Assembly: GCA_964016885.1 (NCBI GenBank)
Contig: OZ024743.1
Location: 260,152,001 to 260,216,000, forward strand
Direction of reading: 5' to 3'
Length of the DNA stretch: 64,000 bases
Source of the DNA: Eledone cirrhosa
Taxonomy: Eukaryota
A program made the position numbers and the translations under genes. The first letter of the stretch is position 1. Each line of letters starts with the position of its first letter. The notes beneath the pieces were generated by a model. The model did not search any database and was not told where the DNA came from. It saw only the letters and a program-made list of their open reading frames with translations. Of this stretch, positions 27,390-41,322 are shown piece by piece.

Positions 27390-27822
27390 TACATATATAT
27401 ATACACATATATATATATATCTCGCAGATTTGCATTTGATGTGTAAAGATAGATAGTTAAATCTTCTCCGTTGCTGAAGATCCAAGATTTGACTACTGTG
27501 ACTTTACGGATTAAAGGTGAAATATATTTCTTTATAGAAGGAAGATTAATAATTTTTTTAAAGGTAAATGTTAAAGCTCTAGTTAAACTTTAATTAGTTA
27601 TCTACCTAGCTATGTGTGATTACACACTTTACAAATTATCCCCTATGATTGTTTCATGTATTTATTTTAAATATATATATATCTGTCAATCAATTTCTAG
27701 TTGATATAAAATGCTCGGCTCTATTCATTGGAATCTTTGAGCTTTTTCTACGGTAGATATGGCGCATGTCTCGGACATGACTCCCTTAATTTAATTTAAT
27801 TTAATTAATTTTGGATATATAC

Positions 27823-27936
<114 letters not shown>

Positions 27937-28088
27937 ATGTATATATATATATATATATATTTGGATATATGTGTGTGTATGTGTGTTTGTGTGTATTTAC
28001 TTATATATTTATGAATGTATGAGTGTATGTATGTGTGTATTTGTATGTGTATGTATATATATATATATATATGTATGTATATATATAT

Positions 28089-28281
28089 AGGAACGAGTAG
28101 GACCCCGACGGCTGAGCTCAAGCCGTTTCGACGGCTAATTCTGGACTTGACGGCTAATTCTAGTCCAGAATTAGCCGTCGAAACGGCTTGAGCTCAGCCG
28201 TCGGGGTCCTACTCGTTCCTATTACCCACTCTACTACCCTAAGTATTGAGTACTTTGGTGCGTTATGGTCCACCTGGTTCC
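28089..28281. repeat. Family G fold-back element in (TA)n
   Basis: Arms 28089-28147 and 28162-28220. Confidence 0.8.
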
Positions 28282-28298
28282 TTACCACATTTCTTCCG

Positions 28299-28352
<54 letters not shown>

Positions 28353-28425
28353 ATGTGTGTGTGTATATGTATGTATATGTATATATATTTGTAAGTGCAT
28401 GTATGTATGTGTGTATGTGCGTGTA

Positions 28426-28494
<69 letters not shown>

Positions 28495-28525
28495 TATGTA
28501 TATATATGTATATATATATGTGTAT

Positions 28526-28589
<64 letters not shown>

Positions 28590-28631
28590 GTGTATATGTA
28601 TGTATATATATTTGTGTGTGTGTATGTATGG

Positions 28632-28707
<76 letters not shown>

Positions 28708-28793
28708 GAGAACAAAAAACAGAGATGCAGCACAAATGATATGGTTTTTTGTTTCACGCTATATATATGTATATATAATTGTATATGTATGTA

Positions 28794-28868
<75 letters not shown>

Positions 28869-29002
28869 GTGTGTGTATGTATGTATGTATATGTATGTGT
28901 TTGTGTATGTATTTGTGTGTGTACGTGTGTATATATGTATGTATGTGGGTACGTATGAATATATATATACGTGTGTGTGTGCGTGTGTGTGCGTGTGTGT
29001 GC

Positions 29003-29069
<67 letters not shown>

Positions 29070-29076
<7 letters not shown>

Positions 29077-29183
29077 ATACTTTGGGAGGGTCATATTGGC
29101 AACATGACCCTCCCAAAGTATAACAATATCGGTTTCAACACACGATTTCAGATAAAGAATCTTGCTAAACAAATTCAGAAACG

Positions 29184-29187
<4 letters not shown>
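29070..29187. repeat. Short fold-back element (same family as 48728-49117)
   Basis: attgttatactttgggagggtcat...atgaccctcccaaagtataacaat hairpin. Confidence 0.75.
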
Positions 29188-29218
<31 letters not shown>

Positions 29219-29222
<4 letters not shown>

Positions 29223-29862
29223 TGATGAAGGACTAACTTTATTCATATATAACCCATTTGCAACCATGCAGTACGTTTGTTTTCATATTCACACATATAT
29301 TTTCCTCCGCTGTGACCCGTCTATTTCGTTCTTACTGCTTCCTCTTTCTCTGTATCTTTACCCTCTCTAACAGTCACTCTCTCTGTTAGCCTCTTCCTCA
29401 CCCTTCACTCACTCACTCTCTGCTACTACCACTCCTACTTCCTCCCGTTTGACCTGTGCGTAATTCTTTTCTTGCGCACGCTTGACCAGGCTGGTTGTTC
29501 CTTTTTCTCTCTTGTCTACGATTTCACAGAACTTATGTGCACCGAATTCAGGGATTAGAATCCTTCTTCCTCCCGTTTGACCTGTGCGGAATTCCTTCCT
29601 TGCTCACATTTCGACTAGGTTTGATGGTCTTTATTCTCTCTCGTTCACAATTTCACCGAACTTGTATTCATGGAAATCTGTGACTTGACTCTTTCTTCCT
29701 CACTTTTCGTTGCATTACCATCTTTGTTTGTTTACAGTCTCACTCGTTCCCCTTATTTACGTGTCCCAACGACTTTCTTTAGCCGTTGCTCGCACCAACC
29801 GGAGGTATATGGTCTTTAAAGCGATTAAATACCAATGAAGGTTGGAAGATCACTGATGAAGG

Positions 29863-29868
<6 letters not shown>
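29219..29868 (+). mobile_element. Family F element with short terminal direct repeat
   Basis: tcactgatgaaggactaact at both ends (period about 630 bp). Confidence 0.8.
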
Positions 29869-29956
<88 letters not shown>

Positions 29957-29961
<5 letters not shown>

Positions 29962-30615
29962 ATAAACGTGCTGCGTGGTTGCTAATGGGTTACATATGAA
30001 TAAAGTTAGTCTTTCATCAGTGATCTTCCAACCATCATTGGTATTTCATCTCTTTAAAGACCATATACCTCCGGTTGGTGCGAGCAACGGCTAAAAAAAG
30101 TCGTTGGGACACATAAAGAAAGGGAACACGAGTGTAAACAAACAAAAATGGTGAAGCAACGAAAAGTGAGGAAGAAGGAGTCAAGTCCCGAATTTCCATG
30201 AATATAAGTTCGGTGAAATCGTGAACGAGAGAGAATAAAGACCATCAAACCTGGTTGGATTGTGAGCAAGGAAGGAATTCCGTACAGGAGGAAGAAGGGA
30301 TCTAGTCTGTGAATTCGGTGAACGTAAGTTCTGTGAAATCGTAGACGAGAGAGAGAAAAAAAGCGACCTGCCTGACCAAGGGTGCGAAAGAAAAGAATTA
30401 CGCACAGGTCAAACGGGAAGAAGGAGGAGGAGGAGAGGTAGTAACAGAGAGTGAGTGAGTGAAGGGTGAGGAAGAGGCTAACAGAGAGAGTGACTGTTAG
30501 AGAGGATAAAGATGCAGAGAAAGAGGAAGCAGTAAGAACGAAATAGACGGGTCATAGCGGGGGAAAAAATATGTGTAAAAATGAGAATAAACGTGCTGCG
30601 TGGTTGCTAATGGGT

Positions 30616-30617
<2 letters not shown>
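29957..30617 (-). mobile_element. Family F element with terminal direct repeat
   Basis: tgagaataaacgtgctgcgtggttgctaatgggtta at both ends. Confidence 0.8.
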
Positions 30618-30704
<87 letters not shown>

Positions 30705-30705
<1 letters not shown>

Positions 30706-31466
30706 AAATAAACTAAAATAAAATAAACTAAAATAAATAAGTCAAATATTTAAAATTTGGCTTCGTTTATTACTGCTATATATATTTCGGTGACAGCCAC
30801 CTTTGACTGTGACCTCTTCAGGCAGTCCGAATTAGTGTGGTAGAGATGAGTACACATGTTGTTGAGGTGTTAACTTTGTCAGTACTCTGATATGCCCAAT
30901 TCCTGGTTGGGTTGTTATTTCACTGAGGAACTGGAATCATATGAATTTAAACAAACGAATTTCAGCGTCAGAGTTCATCCTCTCCTCTCATTGGTCAGTT
31001 GTGAGAACATTCCTCAGTCAAAAGTCTATAGAAATTCGTTCTGAGGCGAGGCAATCTGTAGTGGTTGTTCTTGTTATTGTTAAGTACATTTGACCTCTGC
31101 TCTTATGTTGGTATTGGTGTTGGTGTTGGAGTCAGCTCAAAAAAATGATAAAATGATAAAAATGATAAAATGGTAGAAGGAATAATATTATTCCTTCTAC
31201 CATTTTATCATTTTTATCATTTTATCATTTTTTTTAGCTGACTCCAACACCAACACCACTACCAACATAAGAGTAGAGGTCAGATGTACTTAACAATAAC
31301 AAGAACAACAACTACAGATTGCCTCGCCTCAGAACGAATTTCTATAGACTTTTGACTGAGGAATGTTCTCACAACTGACCAATGAGAGGAGAGCTGACGC
31401 TGAAATTCGTTTGTTTAAATTCATATGATTCCAGTTCCTCAGTGAAATAACAACCCAACCAGGAAC
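30705..31466. mobile_element. TA/CA-flanked palindromic element carrying an HHR
   Basis: About 30900-31185 is inverted at 31186-31465; centre ggaataatattattcc. Confidence 0.85.
30772..30826 (-). ncRNA. Type I hammerhead ribozyme
   Basis: Minus: actgc-CTGAAGA-ggtcacagtc..ggctgtcacc-GAAA-tatata-TA-gcagt. Confidence 0.8.
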
Positions 31467-31731
31467 TGTGTATGTATGTCTTGAGTATGTATATATCTTG
31501 TGTATGTATATGTCTTGTGTATGTATGTCTTGTGTATATGTCTATATCTTGTATATAATTCTTTTGTGGATGTACATGTGTTGTGTATATATGTCTGTTT
31601 ATGTATATGTTATTGTGTATGCATATATGTATATGATGTGACTGTATGTATATGTTACTGTGTATGCATATGTCATTGCGTATATGTATGTATCTGTAAT
31701 TATGCCTGTATATATATATATATATATATAT

Positions 31732-32034
<303 letters not shown>

Positions 32035-32187
32035 TTAGTTAAGCAAAACAAGACCACAAAATTCACATGGAAGACGTTATTTAAAGAGTGTCAACATAGT
32101 TGCAGTTTAATGTAAGGAATAAAGAGTGTCATTGTAGTTTAATGTAAGGAATAAGGGGTGTACATTAATTGTAGTTTAATGTAAGGA

Positions 32188-32380
32188 ATAATAATTGTTT
32201 CTACTTTTGGCACAAGGCCAGCAATTATCCCAGTACATTACTGGTACTTTATTTTATCGACCCCGTAAGGATGAAAGGCAAAGTTAACCTCGGCGCGATT
32301 TGAACTTAGAATGGCAAGTGCCGTAACTCTTTGCGTCAAAGCATGGCGTCCGACCCTCTACCGATACTGCCAATCCACCG
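32188..32380 (-). mobile_element. Full-length tRNA-derived SINE
   Basis: Matches the consensus from tail to ctgccaatccaccg. Confidence 0.9.
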
Positions 32381-32567
32381 AATAATAATGTCCGTTTAAA
32401 ATTGTTTCACTACTCCATATAATGTTTCTGGATCAATTGATTATTAGATCGTTATTGATCTGGTTCAGAGGAAGATAAGTAACTTAAGAAGTGTTATGGA
32501 GGAGCTCTTCAGAACGTCAGATGAGGTAATGAAAATATTGATATAGATAAATATAGATATAGATAAA

Positions 32568-32668
<101 letters not shown>

Positions 32669-32719
32669 ATATAGTGATATAGATAAATATTGATATAGAT
32701 AAATGTATATAAATATATA

Positions 32720-32780
<61 letters not shown>

Positions 32781-32844
32781 ATATTGATATAGATAAATAT
32801 TGATATAGATAAATATTGATATAGATAAATATTGATATAGATAA

Positions 32845-33008
<164 letters not shown>

Positions 33009-33229
33009 AATTAAGTTTAAAATGTACATCCACATATGTATACTGAAATACTAGTATGCATATGAATACACACACGTATACATATGTAGATGTACCGAGT
33101 TTTTCACTGGTCACTTTACTGTGAGTGTCCAGCTATTCTGTATGTAAACACACAGACAAACCGGTTTTTAGAGTCATACTGGTTTTTGAGGAAACACCTT
33201 TCCTCTATTCTCCAGAAAGCCAGACAAGG

Positions 33230-33274
33230 AATATTGAACTAGTTTCGATGTTGTTACATCTCATCAGCAATATT
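33230..33274 (-). ncRNA. Type I hammerhead ribozyme (array unit 1)
   Basis: Minus: aatattg-CTGATGA-gatgtaacaacatc-GAAA-ctag-TT-caatatt. Confidence 0.85.
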
Positions 33275-33695
33275 TACCTATCTTCCGGCCTCTCTAGAGA
33301 ATCGTAAAAGCACATATCGTTATATGCTTTTTCTATGAAAATTAGTAGTGGGCAGACTAATTTGCATAGAGCGTGAGTACGTACCGGTTCAACGGAGACG
33401 ATAAAAACAAATAACGAAACGAAATTAAATTTCGTTTCGTTTGTAACTCACTTTTGTATGACTGACGCTTAAACAATTAAGTTTAAAATGTACATCCACA
33501 TATGTATACTGAAATACTAGTATGCATATGAATACACACACGTATACATATGTAGATGTACCGAGTTTTTCACTGGTCACTTTACTGTGAGTGTCCAGCT
33601 ATTCTGTATGTAAACACACAGACAAACCGGTTTTTAGAGTCATACTGGTTTTTGAGGAAACACCTTTCCTCTATTCTCCAGAAAGCCAGACAAGG

Positions 33696-33740
33696 AATAT
33701 TGAACTAGTTTCGATGTTGTTACATCTCATCAGCAATATT
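33696..33740 (-). ncRNA. Type I hammerhead ribozyme (array unit 2)
   Basis: Identical motif, +466. Confidence 0.85.
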
Positions 33741-34161
33741 TACCTATCTTCCGGCCTCTCTAGAGAATCGTAAAAGCACATATCGTTATATGCTTTTTCT
33801 ATGAAAATTAGTAGTGGGCAGACTAATTTGCATAGAGCGTGAGTACGTACCGGTTCAACGGAGACGATAAAAACAAATAACGAAACGAAATTAAATTTCG
33901 TTTCGTTTGTAACTCACTTTTGTATGACTGACGCTTAAACAATTAAGTTTAAAATGTACATCCACATATGTATACTGAAATACTAGTATGCATATGAATA
34001 CACACACGTATACATATGTAGATGTACCGAGTTTTTCACTGGTCACTTTACTGTGAGTGTCCAGCTATTCTGTATGTAAACACACAGACAAACCGGTTTT
34101 TAGAGTCATACTGGTTTTTGAGGAAACACCTTTCCTCTATTCCCCAGAAAGCCAGACAAGG

Positions 34162-34206
34162 AATATTGAACTAGTTTCGATGTTGTTACATCTCATCAGC
34201 AATATT
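34162..34206 (-). ncRNA. Type I hammerhead ribozyme (array unit 3)
   Basis: Identical motif, +932. Confidence 0.85.
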
Positions 34207-34492
34207 TACCTATCTTCCGGCCTCTCTAGAGAATCGTAAAAGCACATATCGTTATATGCTTTTTCTATGAAAATTAGTAGTGGGCAGACTAATTTGCATA
34301 GAGCGTGAGTACGTACCGGTTCAACGGAGACGATAAAAACAAATAACGAAACGAAATTAAATTTCGTTTCGTTTGTAACTCACTTTGTACTCACGCTCTA
34401 TGCAAATTAGTCTGCCCACTACTAATTTTCATAGAAAAAGCATATAACGATATGTGCTTTTACGATTCTCTAGAGAGGCCGGAAGATAGGTA

Positions 34493-34537
34493 AATATTGC
34501 TGATGAGATGTAACAACATCGAAACTAGTTCAATATT
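34493..34537 (+). ncRNA. Type I hammerhead ribozyme (inverted unit 1)
   Basis: aatattgCTGATGAgatgtaacaacatcGAAActagTTcaatatt. Confidence 0.85.
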
Positions 34538-34958
34538 CCTTGTCTGGCTTTCTGGGGAATAGAGGAAAGGTGTTTCCTCAAAAACCAGTATGACTCTAAA
34601 AACCGGTTTGTCTGTGTGTTTACATACAGAATAGCTGGACACTCACAGTAAAGTGACCAGTGAAAAACTCGGTACATCTACATATGTATACGTGTGTGTA
34701 TTCATATGCATACTAGTATTTCAGTATACATATGTGGATGTACATTTTAAACTTAATTGTTTAAGCGTCAGTCATACAAAAGTGAGTTACAAACGAAACG
34801 AAATTTAATTTCGTTTCGTTATTTGTTTTTATCGTCTCCGTTGAACCGGTACGTACTCACGCTCTATGCAAATTAGTCTGCCCACTACTAATTTTCATAG
34901 AAAAAGCATATAACGATATGTGCTTTTACGATTCTCTAGAGAGGCCGGAAGATAGGTA

Positions 34959-35003
34959 AATATTGCTGATGAGATGTAACAACATCGAAACTAGTTCAAT
35001 ATT
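34959..35003 (+). ncRNA. Type I hammerhead ribozyme (inverted unit 2)
   Basis: Identical motif, +466. Confidence 0.85.
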
Positions 35004-35359
35004 CCTTGTCTGGCTTTCTGGAGAATAGAGGAAAGGTGTTTCCTCAAAAACCAGTATGACTCTAAAAACCGGTTTGTCTGTGTGTTTACATACAGAATAG
35101 CTGGACACTCACAGTAAAGTGACCAGTGAAAAACTCGGTACATCTACATATGTATACGTGTGTGTATTCATATGCATACTAGTATTTCAGTATACATATG
35201 TGGATGTACATTTTAAACTTAATTGTTTAAGCGTCAGTCATACAAAAGTGAGTTACAAACGAAACGAAATTTAATTTCGTTTCGTTATTTGTTTTTATAT
35301 ATATATATATATAGTGATATAGATAAATATTGATATAGATAAATGTTGATATAGATAAA

Positions 35360-35468
<109 letters not shown>

Positions 35469-35755
35469 GTGTGTGTATGAAAGGAATGTATATGAAAGGA
35501 ATAAGTTTCCTTGTTGCACCATTCACATTTGAGGTCCACTCAATTACATAGACTGATAGATGTACACAGATGAATTTGGATTTACTTCTTGAATGTACTC
35601 TTATATAAACTCGAAGATAGTTATACTGGTTGGTGTATGTGTGTGTGTATCTGTGTGTGTGTGTGTGTGTATCTGTTGGAGTGTGTGTGTGTGTCTGTGT
35701 ATGAGTGTGTGTGTCTGTGTATTACATTAATGTATGCATGTAAGTATGTGAATGC

Positions 35756-35795
<40 letters not shown>

Positions 35796-35796
<1 letters not shown>

Positions 35797-35873
35797 TGGA
35801 TGTCCCCCCAAAATGTATATACACTTTTATTAGAATGCTGTTGAAGTGTGTATACATTTTTGGGGACACCCTG
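35796..35873. mobile_element. Tiny Tc1/mariner-type MITE (78 bp)
   Basis: ta|ctggatgtcccccaaaatgtatatacactt ... aagtgtgtatacatttttggggacaccctg|ta. Confidence 0.75.
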
Positions 35874-36506
35874 TATGCATATATATATATATTTATAATT
35901 GTGTGTATGTATATATATATATATGCATATAAATACATACACACATACACACAAACATTCATACATATACATATATTGAAAGAGAGAAAGAGAGAAAGAG
36001 AGAGTGAGAGAGAGGGGGAGAGAGAAGGAGAGAGGAGGGAGTAATGGGGAGCGCTTACATATAATGTTAATAGGTTCATAGTGTGAATGAGGAGGAATTG
36101 TTATGAAAAGTTATGTTATGTTGGAATGGGTTAAGGAGAAAAGACATCTGAATATCTCCTATTGTTCATTGATGCAAGATTAATGTGCTGCAGTATATAC
36201 ACTTGCAGCAGATAAAGAAAATGACGATACACTTCTGCTTTCTTTTCTTTCTGCTTTTTTTTTTCTTTTGCCGAGGGGGAAATAAATATGGAATCTTACA
36301 AGAGGGTGGGCTAAGAAATAAGTAAAGGAGATATTATAGAGGAGAGATGCTTGAGTGGTTCTATAGATAGATACATGATAGGCAGAAAACGTGCCGCCGT
36401 CACTAAAGAAATGTTTAGCGGTTAGGCAAGGTTTCTTTAAAGAATATACCTTAATTTAACAATCTAGTCATAACTCCCATGTTTCCGTGAATATTTGTAG
36501 AAATAA

Positions 36507-36564
36507 ATGGAGATATATTCAAAATTATTGTTGATATTAGTATTATGCTTATGCTTTCCGAAAG
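36507..36564 (+). CDS. Candidate signal-peptide exon of an unidentified host gene (MEIYSKLLLILVLCLCFPK/G)
   Basis: Acceptor ttgtag at 36500, ATG, basic residue plus hydrophobic core, phase-1 donor AAAG|gtgatc; sequence is non-repetitive; no downstream exons identified. Confidence 0.4.
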
Positions 36565-36924
36565 GTGATCATATCTTAGAATTCTCACAGTTTCTTTCAC
36601 TCGTGTTGCTTTTGTTGTACTTTATAAGTTTAAATCTTATGATCCTCTTTCACAATCACTTCGAATCTAAATACATCTTTCTCCCTCTCTCTCTCTCACT
36701 CTCTCTCTCTCTCTTGCTCCTCTCTCTTTCGTTCTACCTCTCACCTTCCTCCTGTCTCTTTCTCCCTTTCTATTTCTCTCTTTCACTCTCTCTCTCTTTC
36801 TGTATATATATATATATTTATAAAATGTTGAGTATGTGCTGGTTGTTTACCGACACCATAGTATGCAGGTTGGAGGACTCAACGATTTGCGCAGGTTGGT
36901 TTGTGTACTCCGGAGTAATGTGAA

Positions 36925-37135
36925 AATAAAAAGTATAAGTCAACAGGGTAAAATTGGCTTCGTTTATTCATATTATCCACAGAAAAAAAAACAGGAAAAC
37001 ATGATGTTTTTTTCTGTTTAAATTCTTACTGCCTGATGAGGTCATAGCTGTTAAATAATGGGTATCACTGAAATATATATAGCAGCGAATGTGAATAAAC
37101 GAAGCCAGTTTTACCCTGTTGACTTACACTTCTTA
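36925..37135. mobile_element. Short fold-back element around an HHR
   Basis: taagtcaacagggtaaaattggcttcgtttattca is inverted as tgaataaacgaagccagttttaccctgttgactta. Confidence 0.8.
37026..37088 (+). ncRNA. Type I hammerhead ribozyme
   Basis: ctgc-CTGATGA-ggtcatagc..ggtatcact-GAAA-tatata-TA-gcag. Confidence 0.75.
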
Positions 37136-37206
37136 TATATATATATATATATAAGCAAAAGAATGAGTGAATGAAAGAGTTACAAGGCGTTAAAACATCT
37201 TTATAT

Positions 37207-37250
37207 AGCTGTTACACGTGTTTCGCCCAGAGAGGCTCATCGGAGGCAGA
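37207..37250 (-). ncRNA. Hammerhead variant (CCGAUGA core)
   Basis: Minus: CCGATGA-gcc tctctg ggc-GAAA-cacgtg-TA; weak stem I. Confidence 0.55.
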
Positions 37251-37964
37251 TATTAAAAGCAAAGTCTTTAATTACAGACCCTGAGAGGGTATAATAATAA
37301 TTTCACATCGCCATGCATAGTAGTTTTAAATGTTATGGGTATAAATACGGTGAAGGGAGTATAGTTTGCTAAGGGAGGTAATTACCGGTGCCCGTATAAA
37401 GTTTACTGCATAACATATGACCAGTACCAGCTATGGAAAAAAAAATTAACAGAGGCGGTGTTTGTCAAATCAGTATAAATGATACCGTGTTTAGGTGTGA
37501 ATATGATAGACTATTGGTAAAGTCGTTAAACACTGCACACAGGTATACCTAATGCAAGGGGGCCTAGAAAAATAATGTCAATTTGGATCGAAGTTGTATG
37601 TTCATATGATCAATTATCTAAGAAGTTATTCAGGTTTAGGCAGCAGGTTCGTAAGATTACTTAAACCCGGTCCGGCCAAGAGGAAGAATATAGCGGGGTA
37701 GGCCCGACTGAATATACGCTGTGCAGCTTCCTGGTGGGAAAACAGTGGGTAGATGATGGTGTTATTCCACGTTATATAAGGGTAAATCTACCGCCGGCAG
37801 GGTAGTCCGGGGTACGGTGTTGAGAGCCTCAGGTATTATAGTGGTTATTCAGTTGGTGGGGTCCATCTGTAGAATGATTGTTGTAGGCGGTGGCTGCAAT
37901 TGGCGATGTGAAATTATTATTATACCCTCTCAGGGTCTGTAATTAAAGACTTTGCTTTTAATAT

Positions 37965-38022
37965 CTGTCTCCGATGAGCCCCCCCCCCTTCCCCCCGCCC
38001 GGGCGAAACACGTGTAAGAGCT
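37965..38022 (+). ncRNA. Hammerhead variant (CCGAUGA core)
   Basis: tct-CCGATGA-gccc(C-rich loop)gggc-GAAA-cacgtg-TA-aga. Confidence 0.6.
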
Positions 38023-38241
38023 ATATAAAGATAGGTTTTAACGGCTTGTAACTCTTTCATTAACGCATTCTTTTGCTTATTACAGCTCTGCTTAACCTTT
38101 ACACTAAATATTAACTTTCTCTAATATTTAACCCTGATAACCCAAACATTGAGCACTTACGCATCCGCTTTTGACATGTAATATTCTGTATCGCACCTCT
38201 TTATATCTCTTCTTTCCATCCTCTTTTACGATACTGTAACC

Positions 38242-38290
<49 letters not shown>

Positions 38291-38297
<7 letters not shown>

Positions 38298-38421
38298 ATA
38301 GAGGTGTAACACACGAGTTGTGATATATGGTAAAAGGAAAAGAAAATGGTGACAAATTGTTCCCAGTGAATTTGGGGAACAATCACTGGGAACAATTTGT
38401 CAGCATTTTCTTTTCCTTTTA

Positions 38422-38426
<5 letters not shown>
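38291..38426. repeat. Fold-back remnant of the 25.4-kb Penelope terminal repeat
   Basis: aaaggaaaagaaaatg.tgacaaattgttcccagtg hairpin and acacgagttgtgatata, both shared with 25443-25765. Confidence 0.85.
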
Positions 38427-38479
<53 letters not shown>

Positions 38480-38834
38480 GGTGTTTGTGTGTATTCACGG
38501 GTTTGAGAAAGTAACTGATCGGCTACATGCGCGAATAAGACCACCAAAACTGCAATATGGTGAAAGGAACGAAAAAGAACCATACCACATCATCCTTCGC
38601 GTAAGTTAACAAGGGACGCGTTCAGGCCTTAAAGGCCCGTTGGAAAAAAATATATCGCAGTCTCCAATTTCGTGCTTGCGGATCCATCCAAATCACTTGG
38701 AAATGGTTGCTTCTGAGAGGACCTGCTGGAAGGAGTGTTTGTGGACTCTACAACTACGACCCTCTCAGGAATAAGTGGGCGAAGATGTGCATGCGTATAT
38801 GTGTATGTGTGTGTGTACGTGTTTGTATGTGTGA

Positions 38835-38878
<44 letters not shown>

Positions 38879-38969
38879 CGTGCGTGTTTGTATGTGTGTA
38901 TGTGTGTATGTCTGTGCGTGTTTGTATGTGTGTGTATGTATGTGCGTGTGTGTGTTTGTGTGTATGTAT

Positions 38970-39290
38970 GTCCGAGAGGCGCAATGCTTAGTGCTAGGGT
39001 ATTCGGCGCATGATTGTAACTTCGATTCACGGAGGCGCGTTTTATACTTGAGCAAGACACTTTATTTTACATTGCTCCAGTCCCTCAGTTGGCGCAAATT
39101 AGTTGTACCTGTAATTCGAAAAGCCAGCCTTGTCACATTTTGTGTCAAGCTGAATCTCCCTGAGAACTACGTTAAGGGTATGTGTGTCTGTAGAATGCTC
39201 ATTCTCATACACGTTAATTTTACGGGTAGGATGCTCCGTTGATTGTAATAATTGGAACACACGTCTCCGCAACCGATGGCGTGTCACCCC
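38970..39290 (+). mobile_element. Second tRNA-derived SINE family copy
   Basis: ggcgcaatgcttagtgctaggg..ttcgattc..ttgagcaagacactttatttt; relatives near 1190-1290 and 46775-46930. Confidence 0.6.
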
Positions 39291-39320
39291 CCCCCCCACA
39301 CACACATACATATACGTATA

Positions 39321-39753
39321 TTAGAGTGGCCCTTATTTTTCATCTTTCTAACAGTTTAGCTCCCATCGCCATCTTGTTTCTCTTAACAAAAATCTATGCA
39401 AAATGTTAGCTCAAGCGGACAACTGCAAGGCTACCTTCATCGACCGTGAATTTTTGAAGTTTTCGCCCGGAAAGTCATTTTTTTTCAGATAAAAATGTCT
39501 TATCTCTTATATAATTTTATCTTAAATTAAAATGTGTTCATACTTATTCTTGGTATTAGAAGGATAAGTGGCAATATATATATAATGGGGAAGGCAACTT
39601 GCAAAGCTGGGGACAAAGCACAGGTATATGGCATTCGCTGTGAGAGCAGCAAAATTTTAACTTTCGGAATATTACCTATTGCTAAGGGCCACCCTAATAT
39701 ACATATATCCGTATGTGGTTGATAGCTGAGAGAAATAAGTACTCGGTATTGAG

Positions 39754-39827
<74 letters not shown>

Positions 39828-40409
39828 GATATGTATATATATGCTCTCCTTACTATCCTTGCTTTCATATTTCTCCTTGCTCCCCTTTTCTCATTGTATT
39901 TGTATATAAACAAGTACATAGATGCAAGGAAAAAAGGAGAGCAAAGAGAGGAAGGATAAAAGGAGAGCAAGGAGAGCAATGAGAAAAGGGGAGCAAGGAT
40001 AAAAGAAGAGCAAGGAGAGCAATGAGAAAAGGAGAGCAGGAAAAGCAAAGAGAGGAAGAAGAAAAAAGTGGAGGGGGCAGGGAAGAGAGAAGGAGGAAGA
40101 GGAGGTAGCGGAGAATTTCAAATCAATTATTGGTAAATTTGATTCAGAACGTTTTTAAACATTTGCTCGGGTTACCTGGATGTGTCCACATGAATTTCTC
40201 TAAGAAGAAAAAAGAAAATGGTCGAGATAGAGAATGTATACTGATTTTGAACAGAATGCTCATTCACATACACGTTGCGTATACTATGTTCTAACTTCAA
40301 GGCGTTTGAGGGTCGTCTAACAATTGTCCGATTGAGCTGAAATTTTACACACCCCGTTTTCGTGTTGATTGGAACAGGATTAGGGGGCTATTGCTAATGG
40401 CCACCCTAA
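39321..40409. mobile_element. Non-autonomous TIR DNA transposon in TA context
   Basis: Ends ttagagtggcc / ggccaccctaa; inner inverted match aaaatgttagctcaagcggacaa / ttgtccgattgagctgaaatttt; extra right-end copy at about 39677-39697. Confidence 0.55.
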
Positions 40410-40781
40410 TATATATATATATATATATATATATAATCAGGTCAATAAAAAGTTCATTTTGGTTGTCTTAGAATGTTGACCAAAGTGTGTGCGATGTTAG
40501 TAGGATTTGCCAATATCCTGGAATTTGACCGTTGAATGGTGTACACAGAATATTCGGTAAGTGGGAAGTGGACAATATAGTTTTATACTTATGATCACTC
40601 ACCATTTACCTATGATCCAAGCACACCATACCTATTTTTAATTCCGTGGATTACTTATAATGGATTAATTTATCATACTCGTTGATACACCTGGTCACCT
40701 GGTAATCAAACATAATTTTTCTATCGATGCATCATTTCTATTTCTATTCCCATTGTTATATATATCCCCACTTTCTCTTTC

Positions 40782-40834
<53 letters not shown>

Positions 40835-41202
40835 ATTATTAACCATCTTGCCAACAACAACCCTGAGCACCTTTTTGATTTCCATGTGTCTAACACACGT
40901 GGGCATGCCTACAAAGTCAGAAAACAGCACAGCTCCCATGACTTTCGGAAACATTTTTTCACGCTCAGAGTTGCTGAAGCATGGAACAAACTACCTGCAT
41001 CAGTTGTTAGCTGTCGAGACACTGCATCCTTTACAACCTCCATGCTTCCTGAGATTAGCCAACACTACACCTGATGTCTCCGCTCTATACACACGCACAC
41101 ATGTATTTCATGACTCGTACACTGTTCATTTTCCTGACATTTGTACATTATTCTATGTACTATACATGCGTCTTTGATGAGTTGTAGTGCACCTGAGCAC
41201 TG
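40835..41202 (+). mobile_element. CR1-like LINE 3' end (same family as 18.6-20.1 kb)
   Basis: INHLANNNPEHLFDFHVSNTRGHAYKVRKQHSSHDFRKHFFTLRV plus a matching 3' UTR. Confidence 0.92.
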
Positions 41203-41222
41203 AGAGAAAGAGAGATTGAGAG

Positions 41223-41322
<100 letters not shown>

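Larger units (their letters stand above)
37151..38080. mobile_element. Fold-back element with ~160-bp arms, each holding a variant HHR
   Basis: 37151-37312 is inverted at about 37901-38080. Confidence 0.85.

Noticed and set aside
33125-33307. 60-aa ORF MSSYSVCK... repeated seven times
   Set aside because: GTG start, antisense to the ribozyme, no recognisable motif; identity reflects recent DNA repetition
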